The notes under the pieces are model-generated. The model ran no database searches, was not told where the DNA came from, and worked only from the letters and a program-made list of their open reading frames with translations. Shown piece by piece: positions 47,546 to 57,764 of a stretch of 64,000 nucleotides of DNA. Made by a program: the position numbers and the translations under genes. The stretch is from Minutocellus sp. GHC0000111 (taxonomy: Eukaryota). Where the stretch lies: NCBI GenBank assembly GCA_977018835.1, contig OZ361261.1:930001-994000 (forward strand), in the 5' to 3' direction. Position 1 is the stretch's first letter, and each line of letters starts with the position of its first letter.

Positions 47546-49915
47546 CTACTCAAATCCAGAAATCTGCGATACCAAGTCCATCGCAAGTTTGTTCATGACG
47601 GGTTTGCCCTTGGCATTGATCTTGGAGTAGAATCCCGACTTGGAGTTGGCCACCATTACCGTATGTCCTAGAGGGAAGTGCATCCTCTCGCTGGGATTCA
47701 TCAGTTCGACAAGCTCCCTGGATTCCAATGTGATGGCAACGGAAGACAGGTGCTTTGTATCGAGTAGACCAACTCTCTCTCCTTCCGACGTATTAGTAGC
47801 GTCTTCAGGTCTCTGATCTCTCCTGCGCTGGAGGGATTCTGGGACAGGCATTTCTTCTTCTTGACCCTCATCTTCAGGTACCTTTACCGGGCTTTCACCA
47901 GGAATGCCGACGACGGAGCTCTTGCGCCTTGTAACAAAATTGCGAAGCTCATTCCTTGCATCAAACCCAGTCGACTGACGTTGCAACTTTTTCATAAATG
48001 CCGGCTTGGGAAGTGCAGGCACAGGAATGCCAGAACGTGTGTCGATGAAGACCTTGGTCCAACCGAGAGCGTCGAGACTTCTCGACATGACGAGGATGTC
48101 ATCCTCAGCCTCTTGGCCATCGTCACTGGTCGAAGACACGGTGGCATCAGAGCTATCAACATTGGCATCGGAAGGGTCGGTGTACAAAACACTCGCAATA
48201 AAATCCAAGTCTTCCTTCTCCGCATCGTTGCAGTATCGATGAGGGCACGTGGACTTGTCGCTCAGAAATGACGCGGTATTGCAGGGCACTTGAAAGTCCG
48301 TTCCAAAGGCATTAGCATACGCTATTCTTCGGCGGAAGGAGGACAGGGGCTTTAGATATGCCGGTTCAGTGCACATGCGGTAAATCAAATCACGCTTCGG
48401 ACCCTCATTCTCGGCACCTGCTTCCTCTTCTTCATTAGCATTGGAACTACTTGCAGGTGGCAGGAGGGGCTCATCATCTCGAGCCTCACCATCATCATCG
48501 GCATCGTTCTCAACATTCTCCTTGTCTTTATTCGTTTTCGAACGTGCAGACGTATCTTTGTCATTGTCTTCTTTCTTCTGAGGCGACGTAGGATAGTCTT
48601 CAACGTCTGCTCGGAAAAGATCCAAACCCGTCACATCCAAAACTCGGCCGATGGCCCGCTCGGCGAAGCGAGGGACTGGAATGTAAGTGTTGGATGAGCA
48701 GCCCAAATGAGGAGTTGCCGTGGTGCAGAAGGTATTGGGGTGGAGAATGATGGTACCAGAGGAGGCATTGTCCTCTTCCGATGCATCCAGACGTAGTTCC
48801 GAGGGGAGGAGGGAGAGGGCATACCGAGAGTATAACCCGCCGAGGGAGTTGCCGACGAAGGATACCGTCACGTGCTCTTCAAAGTCATGACCATCGTCCT
48901 GGGCCTCGCCTTCATTTTCAATCTGTCTCCTCTTTCGACGGTCACGAATGTCGTTGACGATGAACTCAGCAACTTCTTCCGCCAACCGAGTTCCTCCTGC
49001 GGCAATGCCATCGGTCGTTCGACCATTGTTACAGGAGGGCTTGTGCACGACAATGTCCGGCCGGTCCTCCTGAGACTCTTCATCGGATGCCACTGATGCC
49101 ACAGATGCTTCTTGCTGCTCATCAACGTCGCCTTCTTCGTTTCCGTCATTGGCCATCACATGGACAAAGCCATCATCTTCATCTCGGTCATCCTTGTTGT
49201 TGCCATCTTGTTGGTCATTCTCAATACTGGTCGATAGGACGCGTCCGGCAACAACGTCCTCCAACGCCGTGCCCAGGTACGCCATCTCCTGCTCATTGCC
49301 CAGCCATCCATGGACTAAAAATACGTAATGTGGACCAGCGGTAGTGCCCGGAGGGATTGGTGGGACCGATCCCAGAGGTTTGAACTGCACCGCGGCGGCG
49401 GCGGCAGTTGATGCAGAAGAAGCAGTCACGGAAGATGGCACGGCCATGGACTTGGACCGGCCGAAGGCAGCCGCAGCGGAAGAGGAGGCATTGCCGCCAT
49501 CTTCATTTTCGTTGTCGCCAGTTCCATATGCCGACGTTGCCAATCGGTTCAAAAGCGGGATGCGCCTTGGGCTGGTCTCGTCGCCAACCGCCGCGCCGCC
49601 CTGAAGCGAAGCGGCGCGGCGACCGAGAAGGGCGGCGGCTGGTCGACTGCTGCGTGTTCCAACATTAATAGTGTTGGCGCCATTGCCAGCGAGGGACTTG
49701 GCAATGGCATTGGCCGCGTGGCGGGTCAGAACCAGCACCAGGACCGCTGACGCAAACCTCATGAGGAAGGTAAGAAGGACGACGGTGCTGCTGGTGGGTT
49801 CGCCGGAGGTTCCGTCGTCGGGACTTCCCAAGACCGACAGGAGGGCCCGGATAAGATACGCAGAAAAGGTAGAGGAGGTGTCGTCGTCGTTGTTCGTAAC
49901 GCCTTGCTCGTCCAT
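47546..49915 (-). CDS. DUF676 putative serine esterase/lipase
   Basis: FLVHGWLG, DGIAAGGTRLA, GNSLGGLYSRYA, TTATPHLG, RRIAYANAFGTDFQVP. Confidence 0.85.
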   Translation of the reverse strand: MDEQGVTNNDDDTSSTFSAYLIRALLSVLGSPDDGTSGEPTSSTVVLLTFLMRFASAVLVLVLTRHAANAIAKSLAGNGANTINVGTRSSRPAAALLGRRAASLQGGAAVGDETSPRRIPLLNRLATSAYGTGDNENEDGGNASSSAAAAFGRSKSMAVPSSVTASSASTAAAAAVQFKPLGSVPPIPPGTTAGPHYVFLVHGWLGNEQEMAYLGTALEDVVAGRVLSTSIENDQQDGNNKDDRDEDDGFVHVMANDGNEEGDVDEQQEASVASVASDEESQEDRPDIVVHKPSCNNGRTTDGIAAGGTRLAEEVAEFIVNDIRDRRKRRQIENEGEAQDDGHDFEEHVTVSFVGNSLGGLYSRYALSLLPSELRLDASEEDNASSGTIILHPNTFCTTATPHLGCSSNTYIPVPRFAERAIGRVLDVTGLDLFRADVEDYPTSPQKKEDNDKDTSARSKTNKDKENVENDADDDGEARDDEPLLPPASSSNANEEEEAGAENEGPKRDLIYRMCTEPAYLKPLSSFRRRIAYANAFGTDFQVPCNTASFLSDKSTCPHRYCNDAEKEDLDFIASVLYTDPSDANVDSSDATVSSTSDDGQEAEDDILVMSRSLDALGWTKVFIDTRSGIPVPALPKPAFMKKLQRQSTGFDARNELRNFVTRRKSSVVGIPGESPVKVPEDEGQEEEMPVPESLQRRRDQRPEDATNTSEGERVGLLDTKHLSSVAITLESRELVELMNPSERMHFPLGHTVMVANSKSGFYSKINAKGKPVMNKLAMDLVSQISGFE

Positions 49916-50411
49916 GAGAGATCTGATGGCGTAGGAGGCAGGCAAGTGAAATTGAATGATTGTAGTGGAAGCGGGGTCGGGTAGCCGTCACGCTGGTGCC
50001 GGAAGCAATTCAAAAGTGCGCCATGGCGCCATGAGTTGCTTTCGGCCGACTTCGCCGAACTCCCAAGCAATCGAACTCCGCAGCTGAGCAGAAGCAGGCG
50101 GCGGCGGCGGCGGAACTCCTCTCTTTTTCCAGAGAAGGTTGTAACTTACTTGCTGACCCTCTTCTCCAATGGTACCCGATCGTTCAGACCGCAGCAAGGC
50201 GAGATAAGAGATAGGATAGATAGAGAGAAAAAGGACAAACGCCTTAGAAAAAATTTACTCTAAAATAAAAATACAAGACGTGCCACTCCATCCATAATAA
50301 TCTACATGTAAAAAATTTCTTCATTTCGAACTTTGATTTTGATATGTTGTTGTTGTTTGTTTTCACCAACATTGCTCTAATCTTTGTACATTCTGTCCGT
50401 CTCTTCTCTTT

Positions 50412-51914
50412 TCATCTATTCCCTGCTGGTAAGCAGTCACCACCGTCACATTTGCAAGATATACTGTTGTAACCAAATGCGTCGCAAGAACCGTCGCCAA
50501 TCCACTCCCGTCGATCTGCGTCGCAGTCGGGATATTCTTTCAACCAAGAGGAGCAAGACAGGTCACGCATCTTACAGTCAGGATACATTTCATTCCATGC
50601 ATCGCAGTCTCCAAAATCCCAAAGACACGCTTCTGTGTTGTAGTCGGCTCCATCACACTCGCCATCGCCAAGGAAGGCTGGGTCCTCGACCTGACACCCA
50701 GGATATGTGGCGTTGAAGGTTGCACAACTGTGATTGCCTCCCAAACAGTCCGGATATTTCCTATTGAAAACTCGGTTTTTCCTCTTGCAGTCACCCCCAT
50801 CATACTGACAGCGGATGTTATTGTAGCCCATGGCATCACATTCCCCGTCGGATAGCCACTCGGGATAGTGCACGACGCATCCAGGGAATGATTCATTGAA
50901 CGAGGCACAGGTGCCATCACCAATTCGACAGTCGGGATACTTTTCATTGAATCTTTTGCAGTCACCACCATCAAAGCCACAGCCAGCGTGGTTGAGAGGT
51001 CCATGGCAGAACCCATCCCCTACCATTTGTCCCATTTCCTCCACAGTAAAATAGCCGCTCCAAATCGGAGGGACTGTGCAGTTGGCGCAATCTCCCCCAT
51101 CGAGACCACACGAGGGTGCGAAATATGGATATCCATCACAAATGCCATCGCCGAGCTTGGCTGAGTCGGCTGGGTCAATGCTACAATTTGGGTAGCTATT
51201 AATGATGATGCAATCATTGTGATCCCATTGGCATTTCTCTGTATTGTACTCTCCTCCATCGCAGATTCCATTGCCCAGCTTCGATGGGTCTTCTACAATG
51301 CATTGCTCGACCAGGGCATCTTTGCTCCTCTTGCTTCCCAGGACACCGCCAACAATTGCACCCGCGATAACAGCAAGAAGCACAAATATCCCGATCTGGA
51401 CCTTGCGACTCTTGTAATTGACAACCACGTCGTCCAATTTCGATGCCTCCACAACGGATGCGTACTTGTCGCTGTCATCGGCTAACTCGGCGGCAACAGG
51501 GAGCTCATCCACCTCCATCATAACAGAGGGAACGGTAGGTGCATCTCGAGTGCCACCACATGCCTCCTCGGAGATGCCAGGAACATGAACAGCACCGGGC
51601 TTCTGAGTAATTTCTAGGGACGGGTGCTCATACTTTGTTTCGTTTTGACTAGAAGCGGCCGGCAATTTGACTTTCTTGTCAATATCCTTGGAAGTTACAT
51701 TAGCGCCACCGTCGTCATCAACGGACACTTTCTTCTCTTTGTAGTCATCGCCAATAGTCTTCACTTTCAGCGAGGCTTCCTTTCCTTCCACCCTCGCACA
51801 ACTTTCACGCTGGATCTTTTCACGAAGACGATCGGAGGGTTTCCTCGTCGGAGGCTTGTGTGAGTAGCTCTTCTCTTGAAGGGCCGAGGCGTCGACAGAA
51901 GTGCTTGTGCTCAT
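50412..51914 (-). CDS. Single-pass membrane protein with multiple LNR (Lin12/Notch) repeats
   Basis: Repeated GDG.CD...YN...C..DGGDC units after a TM helix. Confidence 0.85.
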   Translation of the reverse strand: MSTSTSVDASALQEKSYSHKPPTRKPSDRLREKIQRESCARVEGKEASLKVKTIGDDYKEKKVSVDDDGGANVTSKDIDKKVKLPAASSQNETKYEHPSLEITQKPGAVHVPGISEEACGGTRDAPTVPSVMMEVDELPVAAELADDSDKYASVVEASKLDDVVVNYKSRKVQIGIFVLLAVIAGAIVGGVLGSKRSKDALVEQCIVEDPSKLGNGICDGGEYNTEKCQWDHNDCIIINSYPNCSIDPADSAKLGDGICDGYPYFAPSCGLDGGDCANCTVPPIWSGYFTVEEMGQMVGDGFCHGPLNHAGCGFDGGDCKRFNEKYPDCRIGDGTCASFNESFPGCVVHYPEWLSDGECDAMGYNNIRCQYDGGDCKRKNRVFNRKYPDCLGGNHSCATFNATYPGCQVEDPAFLGDGECDGADYNTEACLWDFGDCDAWNEMYPDCKMRDLSCSSWLKEYPDCDADRREWIGDGSCDAFGYNSISCKCDGGDCLPAGNR

Positions 51915-52039
51915 TTTTTTTGTTCAATGCGGGAGTAATGGTTCAGGCTATTCTATTGTAATATGGCGTGTGCCATTCGGTTGAAGTAAATTACCAATAG
52001 GATAGACATGGCAAACGGTATGTATCTTCCAACAAAATC

Positions 52040-52659
52040 TTCGGAAGGAGTCGAGTCAGAACATCCCGAGGGCTTCTGTCAAGCAGGGCATCGAAGCGGG
52101 AATGATCCTGCTCAAGTATCCAGACAGTTCGGCTGCCAAGAAGCGAATAAAATCTGGGCCATATCCGATAGTCCTGCAGTTTTACAATTTGGCCGAGAAC
52201 AACGCAAAAAATACCGGGGAGGGGCAGCTATCGGCACAAGAGGCTCTGGAACTAGCTCAAGGTCAAAAGGCGGTTCCAACTCCAACAGAATCGGAATTGT
52301 ACGGCAATCGAGGGGCTGGTCTGGACATTAAGACAATCCAAAAGGCTCCTGCTTCTTGCACTACAAAGTCGAAAAAGGGAGATGTGTTGGAAGTCAAACA
52401 TGAAGCTCGTATCGGTGGACGAGGCGGCATAGTGTACGATTCGTCAGACGAATCTAGCAATGGCTTGTACAAATTGGGTAGGGGCGAAGTAATTGCTGGC
52501 GTGGATCTGGGCACAGTCGACATGTGCGTGGGGGAATTCCGGGAGATCGATGTTCCCTCCCCTTTGGCATGCGGAGCCAAGGGCAATCAGTTGCACCTAA
52601 TCCCTCCGGGATCGCGATTGTTTTGGCGGGTGGAATTGGTTGGCTTAGGGCGAGATTGA
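52040..52659 (+). pseudogene. FKBP-type PPIase fragment, 5'-truncated or degenerate
   Basis: SKKGDVLEV, LGRGEVIAGVDLG..DMCVGEFREIDVP, IPPGSRLFWRVEL; expected Tyr positions read H (VKHEAR) and C (LACG). Confidence 0.65.
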
Positions 52660-53087
52660 ATGCACATGTAGGATGGGGCGTGAATACTGAGTAGATCTAA
52701 TAGCACAAATTCAATTCACATACCGTATTACAAATCAGCAAAGAGTGCCGCTAGTAGGAGTCAGGTGGTCGTTGCTACAACAAAGACCAACGGTCAGCAA
52801 TTCACTTGCTGATGATGCGATGGCTTCAAAAGAGGGACACCTACACATGTATCTTGTGCCATGGATACTGTACATGTAGGCCATGCTTGTTCTAACCTAC
52901 TTTCTTCACTTCCCATCGCCTGAGCATGTCAACATGATAAAACGACTGTGCAGAGAAAATTGTTTGTGTATGTAGGCCATCTCACATGAGGCGGTTTTCA
53001 TCGTTTCCGGGTTACTTTGTAAACACGCCTCGTTTTGGCATGCTTATCATTTACCTAGCACTAGAGGTACCTAGGCCTAGGTACTGC

Positions 53088-55020
53088 ATGGCGGAGACAA
53101 CAATGGCACCTCTCACAGCATATCGTTCCTTGCTAGTTGCCCTGGCCTTCCTTTCGTCGAACTTGACGAGGGGAGCGAGCAGTGGTGGTAACGGCGACCA
53201 GCAAGAGACATGTGCTGCTTCATCAGGTAATGGCGGTGGTGCCAGCAATGACAATGTCGCTAGGCGTACCTCCAGATTGCCGCGTCAACCACCCTGCCGT
53301 CTTTACCTGGCAGAATCGACAGTTCCCGATGCTGGTCTTGGCGTATTTTCAGGAGTGGACATGCCTCGAGGGGCGCCGATTGGTCAACCGGACGTCATTA
53401 TACAACTGCCTGACCCGTCACCGGACCACGCCGATGGTCTATCTCTGCTTTTGAATGATTACCTCTGGGACGGCCAAGAGACGGGTGGACAGTACGAAGG
53501 AATAAAAACGATGTCGGTCATACCGGGGATTGGTATGGCCGCAAACGGCCACCTCCACCTTTACAACGCCCTTCCATTCCGGCCCGATGTGGACGAGTCA
53601 GCTGTTGCACGGACCAAGTCACCAGGTGCTGGGGCCTTCACGCACTACCACAATTACTCGTTTTTCAGTCAGAGGCCAATCGCATCCGGAGGTGAAGTCT
53701 TTGTAAATTACGGCTCGAATTGGTTCCGCGAGAGGGAGGGGCGCAAGATGATATCGCCCATTGACGATGACGCAAGTGATACAGCTGACAGGCACACCCG
53801 ATCAATCGAGTGGTTGCATGAGAATGGCATATGTTTGGACACTCTCCGGCCTGGCCAATCCAAGATCAAAGACGCTGGGAGAGGTGTCTTTGCTCGTCGA
53901 TTTCTACCCAAAAGACTCCATCGTGGCACCATCACTGGTAGTTCAGATTACCAATAGGGATGCGTTGCGAACTGTCCGTGTCAAGTCCGACGATAGCGTG
54001 GAGAAAGGGTGGCAGTTGCTATTGAATTACTGCTTTGGTCATCCACAATCGTCTGTTCTGCTCTTTCCATACGGCAACGGCGTCAATTTGATCAATCACG
54101 ATGCTGAAAATGCCAATGTGATTCTTCGTTGGTCCAATTCAACTCAACACAAAGGGAAGGAATGGCCTGAGAGCATGTCGGTTGATGAGCTCAAGAAAAC
54201 AAACACGTCTGGCCTCATGCTCGAATTTGTGGCGCTCAGAGATATTCATCCTGGCGAAGAAATATATTATGATTATGGAAGCAAGTGGGAGGAAGCCTGG
54301 AAAAGTCACAAACAGCTTTGGAAGCCGTGGTCTGGCGCTTCATCGTCCTACAGCCCATCCTACATCATGGACGATGTAGCCCAAAAGATCAGGACTCAAA
54401 AGGAGCAGAAAGAATATCCCTACGCAGACAACTTATTTACCTCTTGCTTCTATCGGTACTCCGATAACGCTGGTGCTGAAGGATCGATAAGCAACGCCGA
54501 CAAAGTAGAAACAACGGCGGTGAGATGGGAATTAAAGCGAGGTATCTTCGATCTTAGCAATCTTAGGCCATGCACAATTCTCAAACGTGACCAAACTTCT
54601 GATGGAAAGCACTACCTGTATACAGTCCTCATTCGCAACAGATATGGCCTTCGCGAAGAGGAGCGGATACCAAAGGGCGCAATGCATGTCGTCAACTTTG
54701 TCCCGAGACATGCGATCCGATTCAGCGACAAAATCTACACCACCGACGCTCATCTGCCAAATGCATTTCGTCAAGAGATTAGGCTGCCAGAAGGTGTATT
54801 TCCCGAAGCCTGGAAGGATTTGACCAGAACAATCAAGCTAGCAAAAGACACTGTCCTTATCGAACGACTTGCCCTCAGCCATGGCCTTGTCTTTCTCAAC
54901 CTTGAGAACGATGCTCGTATTGACCCATCCAGGGATCAGGAGAGCACCTCGCAATTGGCCACCAGATTCGGCTCGCTCTTTCCGAAGTTCGTGCTCGAGG
55001 CCTTCAGTGCATGCCTTTAG
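53088..55020 (+). CDS. Secreted tandem SET-like domain protein
   Basis: Signal peptide; AESTVPDAGLGVF, GEVFVNYG, QSKIKDAGRGVFA, LINHD, GEEIYYDYG; frameshift near 53910; residues after ..AWKDL (~54822) overlap the antisense SDR remnant. Confidence 0.75.
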
Positions 55021-55518
55021 AGCGGCCTTTGACATGTTACATGTCAAGTTGCCAGGAGGCATCGTAATTCCCTGCTTGCTGCCCGTGTTGACGATGAGAC
55101 CGGGCTTGCCAGACTCTTTCATCTTGGGAACAAAGGCGAGGCAGCCATGAATGGGCCCATGTGTGTTAACCCCCATCACCTTCTGAACGACTTCCATGTC
55201 AGACAGTGCTCCGCTACCCTGACCAATGCCAGCGTTGTTGAAGAGAAAGTTTCATTCTCCAGTCGCCGCAAAGACCTTCTCCGCGACGCCGACCATGGCC
55301 TTCTCGTCGGCAACGATGGCTTGGATCTTTTGAGATTCGTCGGTCGCTTTTTCCGAGACGAGATTTTCCGCCGCCTTCAGGTCGTCCTCATCGACATCCA
55401 CAAGGAAAACATGCATGCCCTTCGCGGCACACATCAGGGCTGCCGCCCTGCCGATCCCACTTGAGGCGCCCGTGATGCACGCCGTCGCGCCAGGCCTGAA
55501 GTGCTCGGAGGTGCTCAT
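54838..55518 (-). pseudogene. Short-chain dehydrogenase (SDR) pseudogene, hypermutated and apparently 3'-truncated
   Basis: TGASSGIG, FNNAGIG, IVNTGS; catalytic YxxxK reads CNMSK; in-frame TGA at 55254-55252; no Tyr in the ORF. Confidence 0.85.
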
Positions 55519-55761
55519 GTTGCGTTCTTCTTGGCCGGAGTGACGAAGCGAGATGCATGCGATGCTCGGGAAAATTCCAGAATTGGACGATCTGTCGTCG
55601 TCCGTCACAGCTTCGAAGCTCTCCGCTCTCGCCGCTCCGCGCGCTGTGTGATGGTCTCCATCTGACCCTGGACTGCTTTTACGGCGCCGTTTGCCTGTTG
55701 AGCGCACTTGTGACTGTTGCTTGCCTGCTAGCTAGTGCCTGGTCCACTGCTTCATGCAACG

Positions 55762-56307
55762 ATGACGACCCTCCGCCCCCTCCGAATGGACGACCTGTTC
55801 AAGTTCAACAACATCAATCTTGACGTGCTTGCGGAAACGTGCAACGTGCCCTTCTGCCTGCAGCACATCAGTCAATGGCCCGAGGCCTTTGCCGTGGCAG
55901 AGGCTCCCGATGGCTCTCTTGTGGGCCACATGCTTGGGAAAGCAGAGGGCATGGGCAAGCTTTGGCATGGCCACGTGAGTGCCGTCACAGTTGCACCGAC
56001 GTGCCGGCGGCTGGGGCTGGCGCGGACGCTCATGGAGGACCTGGACAAGCTGTCGACCGACGTGCATGATGCCCACTTTGTCGATCTCTTTGTTCGGGCC
56101 TCGAACGGCCTGGCGATTGGCATGTGCGAGAGTTTCGGCTGTGTCAAGTGTCGGAGAGTGTTGGGATGTCACTCAGGAGACGACGCAGAAGATGCGTGGG
56201 ACATGAGAAAGGCGTTGCCTCGAGACAAGAACAAGGAGTCCACGACGCCGCTGGACCATCCGATGCGGCCCGAGGATCTCGAGTGGCAGCAGCAAGCGCG
56301 AGGGTGA
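55762..56307 (+). pseudogene. NAA20: NatB catalytic subunit NAA20/NAT3, hypermutated copy
   Basis: DDLFKFNNINLD, WHGHVSAVTVAP.RRLGLA, FVDLFVRASN, EDAWDMRKAL; contains no Tyr, with conserved Tyr positions mostly reading C or H. Confidence 0.9.
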
Positions 56308-57228
56308 CGTGCCCAAACAGACTCACTCTGCATGTCACAGTTTGACTCAACTGCTCTGTTGTGTGACATCAACGGACATGTTGTTCCCCTCGTCGACGCA
56401 CTCCTCTCCATTGGGGCCGCAGAAAAGGTCTGGCTTGTCACCAGCTTCGTCCTCCCCAAAGCGTCGCACTTTGCTCCGACAATCGTTGCAAGTCAGAACC
56501 AGAACCCGACATCTGCAGCACCGAGCCTCCTTGTTGTCACGTGGTGCACGTCCATCGTCACAATCATCACGTGGCACACTGCAGAGAAGGCACTTCCCCG
56601 CACGTCCTGGCCCTGCTGCTGGGTCCGCTCGACGGGGATCAAAGACGAAGTTGCGACCCTTGCAGAGACACGCCTTGCTCCCCGTCGAGTCGCTCTCGGC
56701 AGTCGCACCCTCTTTGTTTTGGTCTTCGTTCATGCTCCCGCATGCTTCAAGACGTCTTTGAATGCCACCTTTCAGTTGACAAATTTCCACGGGCTTGTCG
56801 CCCTTCCATCGATCGGAGTCTGCCAGCGCCTGAAGACACGCCGACGCGCGCTCACACCGAACACCCCCAGCACAGCACGTGCAAACTTTTTTGCCGGCCA
56901 GTTTTTCGGATGTCGCATCGAGTGCTGCCGGCAGTGATGAGCACTTGCGAGTGTTGGGGAGCAACGCAGGCACACCAGGGACGGCAAAATGTCCCACTTT
57001 CGACTCGCACACACTCCTGGCGTCCAACAACGCTGCACCTCCTTCTCCTTCGTTTTGCAATTGCTGACTCCATTGCTCTGGGGACAAGTGATGAGCAGGG
57101 GGACATGCCGTCAAGTCAACGTCCTCTGGTGAAGTTGGAACCACCGATGATTGACTGGACTCCTCTCCATCACGTTGCTCTTGCTTTGAAAATTGATCTG
57201 ACCCAACTGCTTGTTCTTGAGCACTCTC

Positions 57229-57275
<47 letters not shown>

Positions 57276-57276
57276 G
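57229..57276. repeat. (TTG/CAA)n microsatellite encoding poly-Gln
   Basis: About 16 uninterrupted ttg units. Confidence 0.95.
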
Positions 57277-57467
57277 CTCCTTTTCCAATTGTCTCTGCCT
57301 CTGTCTCCACTTTCTTGCCTGGCGACCTCCTCGTCTGCCCTTTTTGTTTGCAGCAGGCTCATTCTTCGTTTCACAGAGCGAAACCACCTCACGTGTTTGT
57401 TTGACCGACAGACTGTTGAACAACTGCTGCTCTGCTGGAGCGTCCGGTCTCAGCTTGCAGCGCTTGA

Positions 57468-57764
57468 CGTCGAGGTCGAGCGACGCGTCACCATTGCCGC
57501 CAACACCGCCATTGTCCTCAACATTTGAATCTGCAAATGTTCTCGTCAACTCGTCATGCAGCCGCTCGTCGAGGTCGAGCGACGCGTCACCATTGCCGCC
57601 AACACCGCCATTGTCCTCAACATTTGAATCTGCAAATGTTCTCGTCAACTCGTCATGCAGCCGCTCGTCGAGGTCGAGCGACGCGTCACCATTGCCGCCA
57701 ACACCGCCATTGTCCTCAACATTTGAATCTGCAAATGTTCTCGTCAACTCGTCATGCAGCCGCT
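57468..57764. repeat. Perfect 99-bp tandem triplication (33 aa, in frame)
   Basis: Identical units at 57468, 57567 and 57666 encoding ERLHDELTRTFADSNVEDNGGVGGNGDASLDLD. Confidence 0.95.

Noticed and set aside
53900..53925. Programmed ribosomal frameshifting in the SET and other split genes
   Set aside because: No consistent slippery site or structure; indel error or decay is simpler.
57468..57764. CRISPR-like array
   Set aside because: Head-to-tail identical units without spacers, in frame within a eukaryotic gene; no cas genes.
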